DNA of 64,000 bases from Rhizodiscina lignyota (taxonomy: Eukaryota). Each line of letters starts with the position of its first letter. Position 1 is the stretch's first letter. Where the stretch lies: NCBI GenBank assembly GCA_010015805.1, contig ML978124.1, positions 2,294,001 to 2,358,000 on the forward strand, given 5' to 3'. The notes under the pieces were generated by a model. That model did not search any database and was not told the origin of the DNA. It saw nothing but the letters and a program-made list of their open reading frames with translations. A program made the translations under genes and the position numbers. Below are positions 10,944 to 23,668 of the stretch, in pieces.

Positions 10944-12370
10944 TCAATGCTGAACGCCATTCGCGCCATTCAGAGCCGCACCGACACCGCTCTCCTTCAT
11001 TTTCTCCACCGCCGCATCACCGCCGACGATCGTTTCACCTGCAGGTCTAGTGGCCTTGAGTGGGGGTAGCAGGCTCCTTGCGCTCTGTCTGGCATGTTGC
11101 GCCATCACAGCGTCCATAATCACAAGCGCGGCCATGCACTCAACGATCGGTACGGCGCGGGGTACAACACAAGGGTCGTGACGGCCTTTGGCTTCGAGGA
11201 TACCCTCCTCTTCATCATAAGTCGACGTCGTCTGCGCCTGGCCGATGGTAGCCGGTGGCTTGAAGCCAATGTTGAAGTAGATCGGCGCACCGTTTGAGAT
11301 GCCGCCTTGAATGCCGCCGGAGTTGTTCGTCTTTGTCGTCAGGCGGGGCTTGGGGAAGCCACTTGTCTTTTCGGATCCATTCGGCGCCGCGCCGGCCTTG
11401 ATGAAGGGGTCGTTGTGAATGGAGCCGGGGACCTGACATCCGCCGAAGCCGGAACCGATTTCGAAGGCCTTGGTTGCGGGGATGGACAGCATGGCGTGGG
11501 CGAGTATAGCCTCGAGCTTGTCGAAACACGGCTCGCCAAGACCGGATGGAACATTGCGGATAACGCAGGTGACGGTGCCACCGATGGAGTCTTTGCGGTC
11601 GCGGAAGTCCTCGACGAGCTTCTTCATACGCCCGGTCGCTTCTTTCGATGGGCATCGAACAGGGAAGAACTCTGGGGCATCGACCTGCTCGCGAGTGATA
11701 TCGCTGATGAGTTTGAGGAATTCGGGGTTGGTGGAGGCGGTAGGATGTTCAGGGGTCGGCGGGAAGAGGAATTGATTGCCCACGGAGGAGACGAATGCGA
11801 CAATCTCGACGCCGTGAGCGAGCCTGAGGTATTTCTCCGCAATGGCGCCTGCTGCGACTCTTCCTGTTGCAATTATAAGATATTGTATATAATGAGTCAT
11901 AAGAGATTGGGGGCCAACCGATCGTCTCTCTGGCACTGCTTCTGCCACCACCACTGCTCGCCTTGACACCGTATTTCTCCAGATATGTCCAGTCGGCATG
12001 GCTAGGCCTTGGGTACAGGTCCATTGTGCTGCTACCATAGTCCTTCGGCCTTTGGTCCTTGTTCATAACCCTCATACCAATCGGTGTGCCCAGTGTGACG
12101 CCAAACTCTGTTCCAGATTGTATTTCGACGGTATCCTGCTCATTTCTGGGCGTAGTGATGGCACTCTGGCCCGGCCGTCTCCTCGTCAACTGAGTCTGAA
12201 CGTCTTCCTCTGTGAGTTGCATGCCCGGCGGGCATCCATCGACGATGCAGCCGACTGAGCGGCAGTGGGATTCGCCATAACTAGCGCGTGTAAGCTGCTA
12301 CAAGCTCGGAACGAGTAATTGCACCCCTAACTTACGTGGTGACCCTGAAATAGTTACCAAAAGTCGACAT
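10944..12370 (-). CDS. ARO2: Chorismate synthase, ~438 aa
   Basis: [56 protein letters not shown] and [13 protein letters not shown] signatures. Introns 12335..12281 and 11918..11864. Confidence 0.98.
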
Positions 12371-12779
12371 TGTCGGAAGGATGCGTCACCGCAATCGTCT
12401 CGAAAGTTTTCCTGAAGTCTAGATTGAGGGACAAGGATTCGTCCGTACCCCTGCAGCCCTATTGCTTGGCAGGAACCTCACTTGCTGGAGTAGAAGATTT
12501 GAAAACAAGGAGTTTGAATCTTCGATGTTCGTACCAATGCAACTGATATATTTTCTAATACTAAGAATGACGCTCGTGGTATCATACGCTAACCCAGGAC
12601 GTATATCAGGACCCGAATGATTAAAAGGTTGTAGACGTCCCTCGGACCCGAATCGAAAGACCATTGGACAACCATCGACCCGACGCCAATCCAAGCTCAA
12701 AAGCATCAATAACTCCAATTCAACAAAAACACAACTCCCCCTCTGCTGGAATCAATGACGCATGCTTCGTTTGCCACGC

Positions 12780-15286
12780 TTATTCGCTCGGGCTGAAGCC
12801 TGGTTCCGTTCCATTCTTTGGAGACGAGACTTCCACCAAACTCTTGGCCGTGCCGGCCCTCTCCTCATATAGTCTCCGTAAATCATCAACTGAGGGTTTC
12901 TTCAAATTCAATTTTCCAGGTACTCTGAGGTCACTGGAGTCTTGTCGTTGGAGCGGCTTCGAAGGCTCAAATGAAGGCATGCGCTGAAGTAGTCTTGGCG
13001 AAGGGGTCCGAGCTTTAGGAGCGTAAGAAGGTGGAGGTAGCGAGTTTGGCGAATCTTGCGTAGTGGAAGCGCTATTTGGTCCACTTGAAGGGTATACGGG
13101 TTTTGCTAGAGTATTTATCAAAAGTGGTTTTGCCGAAGCCGCCCACGTTGGCTTAGTGAATTTAGAATCGTCCGAGCCCTGTTTCCCTGTCCCGCTCGCA
13201 TCTTGTGTTCCGGGTGCTTGGCTGACTGCTCGTCTTTGTATACCTGATGAAGGCTGGACGGTAGTTGGGCTAGACTCCGCCGAGTCATCTGTATCTTTTC
13301 CAGAATTCACAGGCTTCCTTCGAATGAACTCAGCCGCTTGACCAGCGAGTATTCCAGATAATGCAGCTTGACTCTCTGACATGCTCCGAATTTGCGTCTT
13401 CTCTTCGCTGGGTTGCTTTTCAGACAGAAGATCGCTGGTTAAGGCTTTGCGCTTCGGGAGGATGATTTGCGACGGTTTCTCATTAGTTTCCACTGGAGGC
13501 CCATTGACACTTCCTGAAGCCAAATCAGTGACAGGCGCAAAGCCATCAGTGACAGCTGCAGATGCAGCGTCGTAGCTCAGGGGTGATTCTGCCATGTGCA
13601 CTGCGTCTTGAGCAATGACAGCAGAATATCGAGGCGGTACGGAAACGCGAGGGGCAGGCTTACGCCGTGGCACAGAGTCAGTCCAGCCCGTCAATTGATC
13701 AGACTCATACGGTACTGCGGGGCGTGGTGGCAGTGGAGGGGCATTCTCCTTTTTAAGATCGTTGTCTTGCATAATGATTCCAGTCGTCTGCTTCTGAGCA
13801 TCGTAATACGCTGGGGAGCCGGCAACTACGCGGCCGTTGTCAAGAGGGTCCTCGTATTCCTCGATCTTCGCGGGCGGTTGCAACATCGCTGCGAAATGGT
13901 CTGAGGTGACGTGACAAGCTTCACGGAGACCGTGTTCCCATCGCTCAATCGCAGACGCGAGAATACGACGCACGATACTCGACATCTTCGCGTCTTCCAT
14001 TGGATCTTCTCCACATAGAAGAGCAGGAGAGAAACACATCGCTAGATTATCCGCATTCATTTTGTTGGACGCCTCGTACCCTGAGACTTCAGACAACATA
14101 GGGATGAGATGGTCGACGAGGATCTGGCGGGATGCTATAGGAAGCATAGGGAATTCGCTATGCGGAGAGACCAACTCCGTAAGTGTCTCTGTCGCAATCG
14201 GTTGAGCTTGGTTGTCAAATAGCTTGCGAATATCTGCATAGGCAGACGTTGGGAACAGAGGCCGGCGCAGCTCTGAGTACCACGCCTTGATTAGGCTAGT
14301 GGCGAGATACACTCCGTATGCGTCTACTGGTTCGATTTCACCGATGATTACACCTGTTGCCGTAGCGCGTGGATACGCCGGTACAGGGAGGGTGTCATGG
14401 TTCTCTTTCCATATGATGTACTTCTGACCTCTATCATATGCCTCTTTCAGGATCTCTTTGAGCTTAGCGTGAGGCGGAATACGGAAGATGCCTTCGACCT
14501 TGACGTTCTGGCCCATGAGGATGAATGACGTCGTCTCTCTCAGGACACGAGGCAAGCGGAAGCCTCCCTCTGCATTTCTTGGAAGAGGAAGCTTAGCGCC
14601 AAATGCACGTCGGCCGCTAGCATAAGGAGCGTGGATATCTGGAGACAGCTGCCTGTCGTAGAGATATGCTGAGGGCGGAATGAGCAGATCTTCGATTGGG
14701 ATCTGCAAAGCCAATTGACTCAGGGTTGAGACTAGAGTAGTAAGTCTAAATTAATAGGAGTGTAAGCATATCTGAACTCACCATGAAAAATCTTCCTCCT
14801 AGACTTCGGGCTCACGATAGTGGAAAACATCTCGACCAGTATTCGCACCCAGCTACGCTCATGCACAATGTAGAGCTTCTGAATACGCTTGCGTAGTGCT
14901 CGGGACAGAACTTGGTAAGCTTGAATGAACCATGGCCAGCTCGGTCTGCTCTTCTTTGATGATACTGCGCCCTCGGATGGGCCACCAGCCAAGAAAACAA
15001 CCTCGTAATTCCTGCCACTTAACAGCTCGTCCTCGCCCGGCAATCGCTCCAGGACATAAGGGAGAAGCGAGTCATAGTCAATGTCAAAAGTGTCTGGGAA
15101 TGCAGCTGCGTTGAGAATGTAGACCGGTAATCCATCATGGGAAGGGAGTGGCGATCGGTACAATATTCGCTTGGCGACCTTTGCGAGTTCCGGCAGATAG
15201 TATGGAGAGTCTCTTGGAGGTGGAACCGCAGTGAGTGATGCACTGCGATTCCTACCACGGAAGCGTTGTGCGATTTGAGATCGCAT
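12780..15286 (-). CDS. CRAL-TRIO/BCH plus RhoGAP domain protein (Ecm25-like), ~818 aa
   Basis: N-terminal BCH-like region (RKRIQKLYIVH), RhoGAP motifs EGIFRIP and NKMNADNLAMCFSP, Pro/Ser-rich tail. Intron 14781..14732. Confidence 0.85.
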
Positions 15287-15854
15287 GATTATCTTTTGTT
15301 GTTAGGTCGGGTGTCTTATCGTTTCCACGGAGACGGATGCACTCACGAATGTGAGAAGAAGTGGGATAGCTATGGAAGCCAAGCCCAAGAGAGTGGAGTA
15401 CCTAGAAAGGAGTAAAATTGATTGCTATGGAAGGAGAGGCATTGATACCAAAAGAACTGCACCAGGCGTCAGCCGATGGGGTCGGCTGCCCTAGCTGACG
15501 CTACGTATGATAAGGGCAAGCAGGGGAAAGGTCGCACAGATGCGCTTAACGCTGATGCGCATCAGGTGAATTAATTGAGCGTGCTAGTGAAGGTGATGTC
15601 GTCGACTCGTCGTCGTAAACAAGCCCTGCTCCTTGCCTTAGCGGCGGCCCTCGATTGCAAACGCGGCCGAACTGGGCACGTGATCTCCCTTTGATATCCG
15701 GTTTCGAGCGCTCAGCCCTATCCTACTGCGGACCCTGCATCCCTGCAGCAACCTCCTGTCCTCTAAGCCCGCGATAATCTACACCGAGATTTCTCCAATT
15801 GACACACTTCGTCCGCACATCTACACGAACTTTCGATGGGAGAGAGAGTCTGTC

Positions 15855-15965
15855 CTTACAGTCTCTCCTTGTCGCTTTTGCGCAGAGATTCGATGGGCCC
15901 TGGGAGAGGCAGTGCTCAGCTCATTCGCAGCTGCGATGAGCTAGTTCGCGAGTCCTCGTGGCCAG
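15855..15965 (+). repeat. Diverged direct copy of the ALG5 5' UTR and first ~24 codons (partner 17476..17585)
   Basis: Near-identical ~110-bp segments 1620 bp apart, differing by a few substitutions and single-base indels. Confidence 0.95.
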
Positions 15966-17221
15966 CACTCGTTATGCCGATGAAGACTCCATTGACCCGC
16001 AACTTTTGTCTCCGCCAGACACAGCAAAGGAGACTCGAGAGCTCGAAGAACTCAACGAGGGCAATATGGACGACGATGATTCCGATGTAGAGTCGCTCTG
16101 CTCAGACAGTGACTGACTGGAAGACCTCAATGCGTCAGAGGAATTAATAGATAAGCAGGATGGTCGGAGCATGGAGAACATGAGTGCAGAATAGTAGGAG
16201 AGTACTCCTGCTCTGACCCCCGTCCACGCTAAGCTCCAGCAACATGTTGATTGGACAGTGGGAGGTTATACGAAATGGCGCGAGTACGACTTCACGAGTG
16301 GAAAGCAGCGACAGGATCTTCTTACGCCTACTCCTCTGCTCATTTCAGGCTCCCATAATGCACTGGTCAACAAATTACTTGATCCAGAGCTTCTTTCAGC
16401 CCCCAAGAAAACCACCAGACGCAACACTAATGTGCCAATGATCTTTGTTCCAGAGCCTGGAGCGCATGGTGGGACATGTCAGGTCAGTAGTGACTCTCTG
16501 ACGAAGAAGAGAGGTGTGGGCGCAATTGAAGGACTTAGTGAGACTCCGTCGATGGACTGGACCGTGAAGAGGAGGATGAGGTCCGCAACGACGGCAGTGC
16601 CGACAAATGGCCAATCGACAACAATGCAACAGGTCGAGGTTGCAACGACCGGAGAGACTCTCAATGGAAAGTGGCAGTGCTCAGAGCCATTTATGTGGGC
16701 AGACATTTGGTACATGGGGATTGGCATCTTCCCAGTACCAGAGCTCTCACATCTTTCTGTATGGAGAGTTCAGATGCACTGAGGAGAACTGTCCAAAGAT
16801 GTTTACATGCGAGTCAAATCTCGAGCGACATATGGCACAAGGTCATGGCCAGAACTTCCCCTGCCCGGAGCTAGGCTGCGATGCAGTATTCATCACTAAA
16901 GACGGTCGAATAAAGCACTATGAATTAGGGCACGTATTCACAGATGGGAGCCTGAAGTGTCTGGAAATCGGATGTCCCCATACATTCTCTAGAGAGTCTA
17001 TCCGCGACATACATATGGCACAGGTTCATGGACAAAAGAACTTCGCTTGTCCCGAGGCAGACTGCACTATGCGTTATGTCAAAAAGGAAAGCCTTGAAAG
17101 ACACGTCCAATTCCAGCACATATTTTTAGATGGGAAGTTCAAGTGCACAGTAGAAGGATGCAGAATGACATTCACGAAAGCGGCATGGCTGACGGAGCAT
17201 GTAAGCAAAAAGCATGGATAA
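15966..17221 (+). pseudogene. Disrupted multi-C2H2 zinc-finger gene (acidic N-terminus plus six CX4C-X12-HX4H fingers, the first degenerate)
   Basis: One frame runs from ~15961 (ASTRYADEDSIDPQLL...DDDDSDVE) through in-frame stops TGA 16114 and TAG TAG 16192-16197 into ORF 16258, then a +1 frameshift at ~16690 inside finger 1. Five intact fingers lie in ORF 16607..17221. Confidence 0.75.
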
Positions 17222-17475
17222 GAGACGCTCACGCGCTGAGATGGGACGTATGCATTGAGACAAGTTCGATACATCTATGTAGCTAGGATTGCTTTTGTCT
17301 TTTTACATATCTAGCTGTCAAAGGACATCTTTTTCTCCACATGTACAGTGCCGATACCCACTTGCCTAGGCACACTCCCGTCTCAGGTCCGCCTCACGTT
17401 TCGGAGAGAGTACAGTCACGTGACGCATGCAGCGACTAAGGAAACGTCTCCTCACAGTGCGACAATCTACACTTT

Positions 17476-17585
17476 CTTACAGTCTTTCCTGTCGCTTTTG
17501 CGCAGAGATTCGATGGGCCCTGGAGAGGGAGTGCTCAGCTTCATTCGCAGCTGCGATGAGCTAGTTCGCGAGCCCTCGTGGCCAG
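17476..17585 (+). repeat. Second copy of the direct repeat, part of the intact ALG5 exon 1
   Basis: Aligns with 15855..15965. Confidence 0.95.
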
Positions 17586-18854
17586 TGCTGGCCCTTTTTC
17601 TCGTCCTTTTTACACTCGTGGGCCTTGGGGTAGTATGTTATGTGTAACGCCAATTACGACGATTTCGAAAGCTAACAGTCAAGTTCTACATCGCAATTTC
17701 GCTCGTAGCTCCAAAACCACGACCCGCAGAGCAGCCCGAAAAGAGGTTCAAGACCATCCTCGCGTCGGGAGATACAAGCGAAGAAGAGCTGCCTTGCTGG
17801 ATAGATCAGTGGTGGGATCAATCCAAACAAGATGCGCCTATAGACGATGCAGAGGTATTCATGTCCGTTGTGGTGCCGGCATACAACGAAGAGGAGAGAC
17901 TCTCTGGCATGCTCGAGGAAGCTGTTGCTTTCCTACAAGAAGAATACGGAGATGCACATGGATCTGAAGTTGAGGCGAAGGTTCCTTCTACGTCTGCGAC
18001 GAAGCGGAGAACAAGCATAAAGCAAGACGAAACGAATGGCAGGCCAAATGGATCGTCGAAGAAGCCTGTCGGCCATGGATGGGAGATTCTGGTAGTATCA
18101 GACGGCTCGACAGACAAAACAATCGAAACAGCCTTGAAATTTGCACGCGATCATCAGCTCGAGCAATATCCTGTTCCAGTGCCTGGTCCACGCACACCAA
18201 AACCAACACGGTCGACGCAAATCCCACATGGTTCTATTCGCGTTATAGAGCTAGCACAGAACAGGGGCAAGGGCGGTGCAGTCACTCACGGCATGAGACA
18301 TGTACGGGGGCAATACGTCGTATTCGCCGATGCTGATGGAGCAAGCCGATTCGAGGATCTTGCTGCACTTGTACAAGGATGTCAGAAATTGGAAGATGCG
18401 AAGGGTCGTGCAGTCGCCATTGGCTCGAGAGCGCATCTGGTGGGAAGTGAGGCTGTTGTAAAGGTAGGAATGGAGTGCACAATTTCCGACATATGCTAAC
18501 AGCTCACAGCGTTCTGCTCTCCGAAACTTTCTAATGCACTCATTCCATCTCCTCCTCCGGTTTATGACGCCTCCCGCAACGTCAAAGATTAAGGACACCC
18601 AGTGCGGCTTCAAGCTCTTCTCGAGGCCTTCACTACCATACATCATTCCGTACATGCACTCTGAAGGCTGGATCTTCGATGTCGAGATGCTCATGTTAGC
18701 TGAGAGCGCGAATATACCCGTTGCAGAGATTGCGATTGGCTGGAAAGAGGTCATGGGTAGCAAGTTGAATGTCATCAGGGATAGCATCAACATGGCATGG
18801 GGACTTGCGGTTCTCAGAGCCGCGTGGGCATTGGGTGTATATAAGAGAAGGTAA
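17513..18854 (+). CDS. ALG5: Dolichyl-phosphate beta-glucosyltransferase (GT2), ~414 aa
   Basis: N-terminal TM segment; MSVVVPAYNEEERL, VSDGSTD, NRGKGGAV, FADADGAS, DTQCGFKLF and WIFDVEML motifs. Introns 17633..17683 and 18464..18509. Confidence 0.96.
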
Positions 18855-19780
18855 TGCATTTCATGGCGCCGGAAAAGTTGTGTTTAGGTAGAGATCTCCC
18901 TGGATATCTATCTTATCTTTCCAATGGTGTCGAGAGCTTCTTGGTGGCCTGCTGCAGAGGTTGCACTCGCCCCGTGGACACTACTGACAGGGGTCGCTTT
19001 CTTTAGAATGTGAGATTTGACGTTCACATGCGCAGTGCAGTTCAGGCAAATGCTGTTCTTAGCCACATCCAGAGATGCATGTAGGATTCTGTCCTTCGTC
19101 ACCAGGCTTTAGCGATCACGCAGGTCATTCCCGTCGCATCTACGCCCTTTCCAAGTGCACACAGCAGCCCTTCATGTAGTCGGAATAATTCCCTCGCTGT
19201 TGCATCCTCTTCTAGCCGACAACGGACAAATGACACGAGACCATCATACAGTAATCCGAGACGGGACCTCTGGTCGGCGTATCTGCACTGTCGTGAAGAC
19301 AAGCCGTCCGACTCGGCAGACCGATGAGACCGATGAGACCGATACTCCCGCGAAGCTGCTAAGGTCCAAACAGTCTACCCTCCGGATGCAGGCAGGGATC
19401 TTAAGTCCGCCCTAGGACTAGACGTCACCTTGCATTTCCGAATGCCCGATTATCATCAACTTCTTCTCGCCAATCTCATGCTTAACTCTGTGGCTTAGCC
19501 AATCTGATCGTTTCTTGGTCGCATTAGGCTTGCGAGGACAATGCGGAAGAATTTAGTAACCGCATAAACAGCCCGCGCGCCTGGTTTTCCCAATATCTTC
19601 CAAGCATAGGCAGCGGAGTTAACAATAGTGGTATAAGTCTAGACGTCCATTCCTCAGCTATATGAACGCGAGCAATTCTTCATAGTCAGCGGATTTCAAT
19701 TGCATCCTCACAAGTAGATAATCAAGAGCGCTCTCAGGACAAACGCAAACCCGTCAGACAATCATCTCACACGAGTCTCT

Positions 19781-20647
19781 ATGACCGTTTTAGACACTGT
19801 CAAAAAGGTCGTTAATCCCTTATCCTCCTCCTCGAAAACCACAATGTCTTCTTCTGGACTCAACGGCAAGGTTGCTCTTATAACGGGCGGTACGAAAGGC
19901 ATTGGCCTTGCAGTCGCCCAGCGTCTTGCCAAAGATGGCGCTCTCGTCGCTGTGAACTATGGATCCGACAAGAAGGCGGCTGATGAAGTCGTTCACCATA
20001 TCGGTGCCGATCGATGCATTGCCATCCAAGCAGATGCGGGATCAGTCGCTGGCGTCGCGAAGATTGTTGAGGAAACTGTCAAGAAGTATGGCAGAATCGA
20101 TATCCTCATTGCAAATGCTGGCGTCCTGCCAATGAAGACTCTTGAATCGACGACAGAAGAAGACTTCGACAAGACGTTCGCACTTAATGTCAAGGGCCCA
20201 TATTTCCTCATTCAGGTATGTAACTAGCTCCCTCACAAACCTCCTACTTTCACTAACGTTCCACAGAAAGCAGTACCGCATATGAAGGAAGGCTCTCACG
20301 TCGTCACCATCTCTTCATCGCTCTGCCATAGCACGGCAGTCACGCCACCATACTTGCTCTACAACAGCACCAAGGGCGCTATTGAGCAAATGACCCGCGT
20401 TTTGGCGAAGGACCTGGGCTCCAAGAAGATTCTCGTCAACTGTGTGGCTCCTGGTCCAACCGCAACCGAACTCTTCATGCGCGGCAAGAGCGAGCAAATC
20501 ATCTCTATGATCGCCAACCAGAGTCCAATGCAGCGATTGGGGCAACCGGATGAGATTGCTGATGTGATTGCATTCGTCAGTTCGGATCAGAATAGGTGGA
20601 TGTCTGGGCAGCTCTGTATGGTCAACGGAGCGGCATTCCCATCTTGA
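19781..20647 (+). CDS. Short-chain dehydrogenase/reductase
   Basis: TGGTKGIG, ANAG, YNSTK and NCVAPGP motifs. Intron 20216..20266; alternative in-frame ATG at 19844. Confidence 0.95.
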
Positions 20648-21394
20648 TTTTCAAATTTTATACTTGGAGGGGGCGTTCAAAGGACTTGTCTTGATCTATG
20701 GTTTTTGTTCAGGAAGCTTAAAGGCTTGAATGGGAAGGGAAGTAATTGTTTTCATAGTAGTATGGCGTTATAAGTAAAATGGCATATATTGTCTCTGATC
20801 GACTTCTCATCAATGTCAACGTCACATGTCAGAAATCGACTTTACGACATGTCAGCACTTAGATGGCTCTCGTGGATCCTGTAGAGTTGTGATTTAGGAG
20901 CCGACACCACTAGGCTCTAATCATGCAGTTGTGCCTGCGACGTGATTGGAGGATGCCTTAAACAAAGCGACGATCGGCCTGTACATTGACCGTTTCGTGA
21001 TGATGGTGGTGGTCATGCAGACCAAAGAAGCCAAGCCCCGTCAGTTTGCAGCTCAAAGCGCCCCGCGTTGCCCGTGTCCAAACGAAACGGCCCGCCGTCA
21101 TCGAGCATACCCATCCCCCAACGCCCAATTCACGCATCACCATACCCACACAACGCCTGCAAATCGATTTGCGCCTTTCGACGCCCGACCCCGAGCTCGT
21201 TCTGCTGCCATTGATCCCCCACACCCCGCGGAGGGGCAAACAGACATCACCGTCCACAAACCTCACGGACAACGGTGAACAGATTGCAGCGGGACGGGCT
21301 TGATGGAGCGAAGCTGGCTACTGGCCCTATCGCAATTGCCTTGAGGACCTCTACGGGTCTTCAATAGCAGGCGATAATCCAGCCAGCAGCCAGT

Positions 21395-22739
21395 ATGCCT
21401 GAGCGAGATCCCTATCCACTCGACCCGACGTCACCAACGACGCCGGCGTCCCAGCCGCGGGCGACCCCCTTACAAGTCTCGGCGTGGACACTGCGCAGCG
21501 AGCAGGCGAAGAAATGGACGAAGAGATATAGGACTGAAGTGGCAGCCAGCTCGAGCAGCATTTTGAGTACATTTGCGGCGTACCCGCTCGACTCGGTCAA
21601 GACACGCATGCAGGTGTACAAGTTTCGCAACTTTCCGGATTGTGTGAGGCATACGTATCGTACGGAGGGAGTGCACGGATTTTGGAGAGGTAGGTTCTGT
21701 CAAAATTGCTCTGACGGGACCTTGATTACTCTACGATTGAACGGAATGAATAGACGCTGACAAGATTGCTATATTCAGGCGTTTGGAGTCCGCTATTAAG
21801 CATCACGCTCGTCCGAACAGTCTCATTTTCGATATATCAACGGGCGAAGTATACGTACGATGATTGGATACACAAGGCAACAGGCAAGTCACCGTTGGTG
21901 ATTGCAAACACTCAGGGGGCATATCCGACTCTATCAACGATTACATGCTTTGGAGCTGCTGGAGCAACAGCTGGAGCGACTATCACGGCTATTGCATGTG
22001 AGGATATGCTGATTGCAGCGGAAAATATTGATGCTAAGTCTGAATTTAGGCCCTTTCGAGCTCACGAAGCTCAGCGCTCAAATTGCCATTCTCAACGCAG
22101 AAAAAGCTGTAAAGGGAAACACGGTTATCGAAAGCTATCAGCAGCAAGGTACATTTCGCACGGCCCGGGCTCTTATTAGGAACAGGGGTCTTGCTGGACT
22201 CTACTGTGGATTCTACTACCACCTCCTCCGTGATTCGATAGGCACTGGCGTCTACTTCATGACGTACGAGAGTTGCAAGCAGCTTCTTGCAAACGCAAGA
22301 GGCAACTCTCCCACATCACCGCAAGCAGTTGTCGTAGCGGGTGGGCTCTGCGGTTTGGTGAGCTGGGCATGTGTAAGTGATATCTGACAACCTGTTGTCC
22401 TGAGAACCGTCTTACTAACCACAAGCACAACTTGTAGATATACCCGATTGATTCAGCGAAAAGCATCTACCAACGTAACTGTTTGACGAGCCACCCGGGC
22501 GATACGATAACGCCGAAGATTCAGTTCTTCAATCCACGCATGTATCGAGGTGAGTCTTCTCCAGTCATGAGAATGTCCTGTACTCTCTTAATAACACGTT
22601 CACAGGCCTCGGCGTGTCTATGGGTCGCTCGTGCGTCGTTAATGCGATTTTCTTCTCGGCGTTCGAGGCGATTAAGAAGCGTATCAACCACTTTGAGGTT
22701 GATGAGCAGCTGATCAAAGCTGCAAGTGCATCTTCTTGA
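21395..22739 (+). CDS. Mitochondrial carrier family (SLC25) protein, ~360 aa
   Basis: Three PX[DE]XX[KR] signatures (YPLDSVKTR, CPFELTK, YPIDSAK). Introns 21690..21778, 21998..22049, 22373..22437 and 22550..22605. Confidence 0.93.
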
Positions 22740-23668
22740 AATGGGACAAGTTTTGATTGGAATTGGCCTTTGAAGCATGCATGATATGGATGAGCTACAT
22801 CCTGGTTTTTCCATAGCAGATGTGCCATTACGCTATCTGCAGCACACACTCATGATACGATTAGGTTCGGGCGAAAAGATACCAGAAATGAACGAAGCAA
22901 GTGGCCTTAAACCAACCTTGAATTGCGCATGACCGTGAAGCACTGGTGAAGTAATCCATATGCATGTAACTCGCAAGCTTATAGCCTCTAAAGATGAATG
23001 TGCTCTGCCCTGCAACGAATCTTTGAGGGGGTTCGTGTCGTCAAGCCAAACTACCAACGCCTCCAATCACACGCTGCTGGCGCTTCAAAGGTTATCTACC
23101 ACCTCGAATTTGTGACATCTTTAGTCTCTCAATCCCATCTCAGAATTGGACAATCCCTTACTGCCATGTAAGAGACGCTAGAAATAGATGATGAGGAGGC
23201 GGTTGGGATAGAAGTTACACTGGAGTGTTATGGTAGAAGCAATAAAGGAGAGACCTGTAGGGCTCAAATCGAACCTCAAGCATGTGCGCGAGAGCAGCAG
23301 AAGAACTTGTTCGACTAAAAGCGAGGCAGAGTTTCAGGACTTAGAAGTTTGGCGTGTCGATGCCGTGTCGGAACTTTTGGGTGCACGGCCCATCTTATCC
23401 TGCCCAACCGTCCTTCATGATTGGCTATTTGGGCATCCCTCGACATTATAACGACTGCTCCAACGCAAGCTATTCCAAATAAGGCAAGAGAACAAGGATC
23501 TCTGCCAAGCCCACAAGCGCACACAAAGGCAAATCGAATTTGACATTTCCTCACCACCACGACCGAATCTCCACGGCATCTTCCTCATCTCGTCACATCC
23601 ACTTCAGTAAGCAAACCCCAAATCCCCCTCCCTTCAATTAACGCTAACCATCTCTTCCTTCCACAGCA

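Noticed and set aside
16114..16197. A-to-I editing of premature stops (tandem TAG TAG, as in Fusarium PUK1)
   Set aside because: Editing cannot fix the frameshift at ~16690 or supply the missing 5' end, and Trp codons fit the acidic context poorly. C-to-T decay is the simpler explanation.
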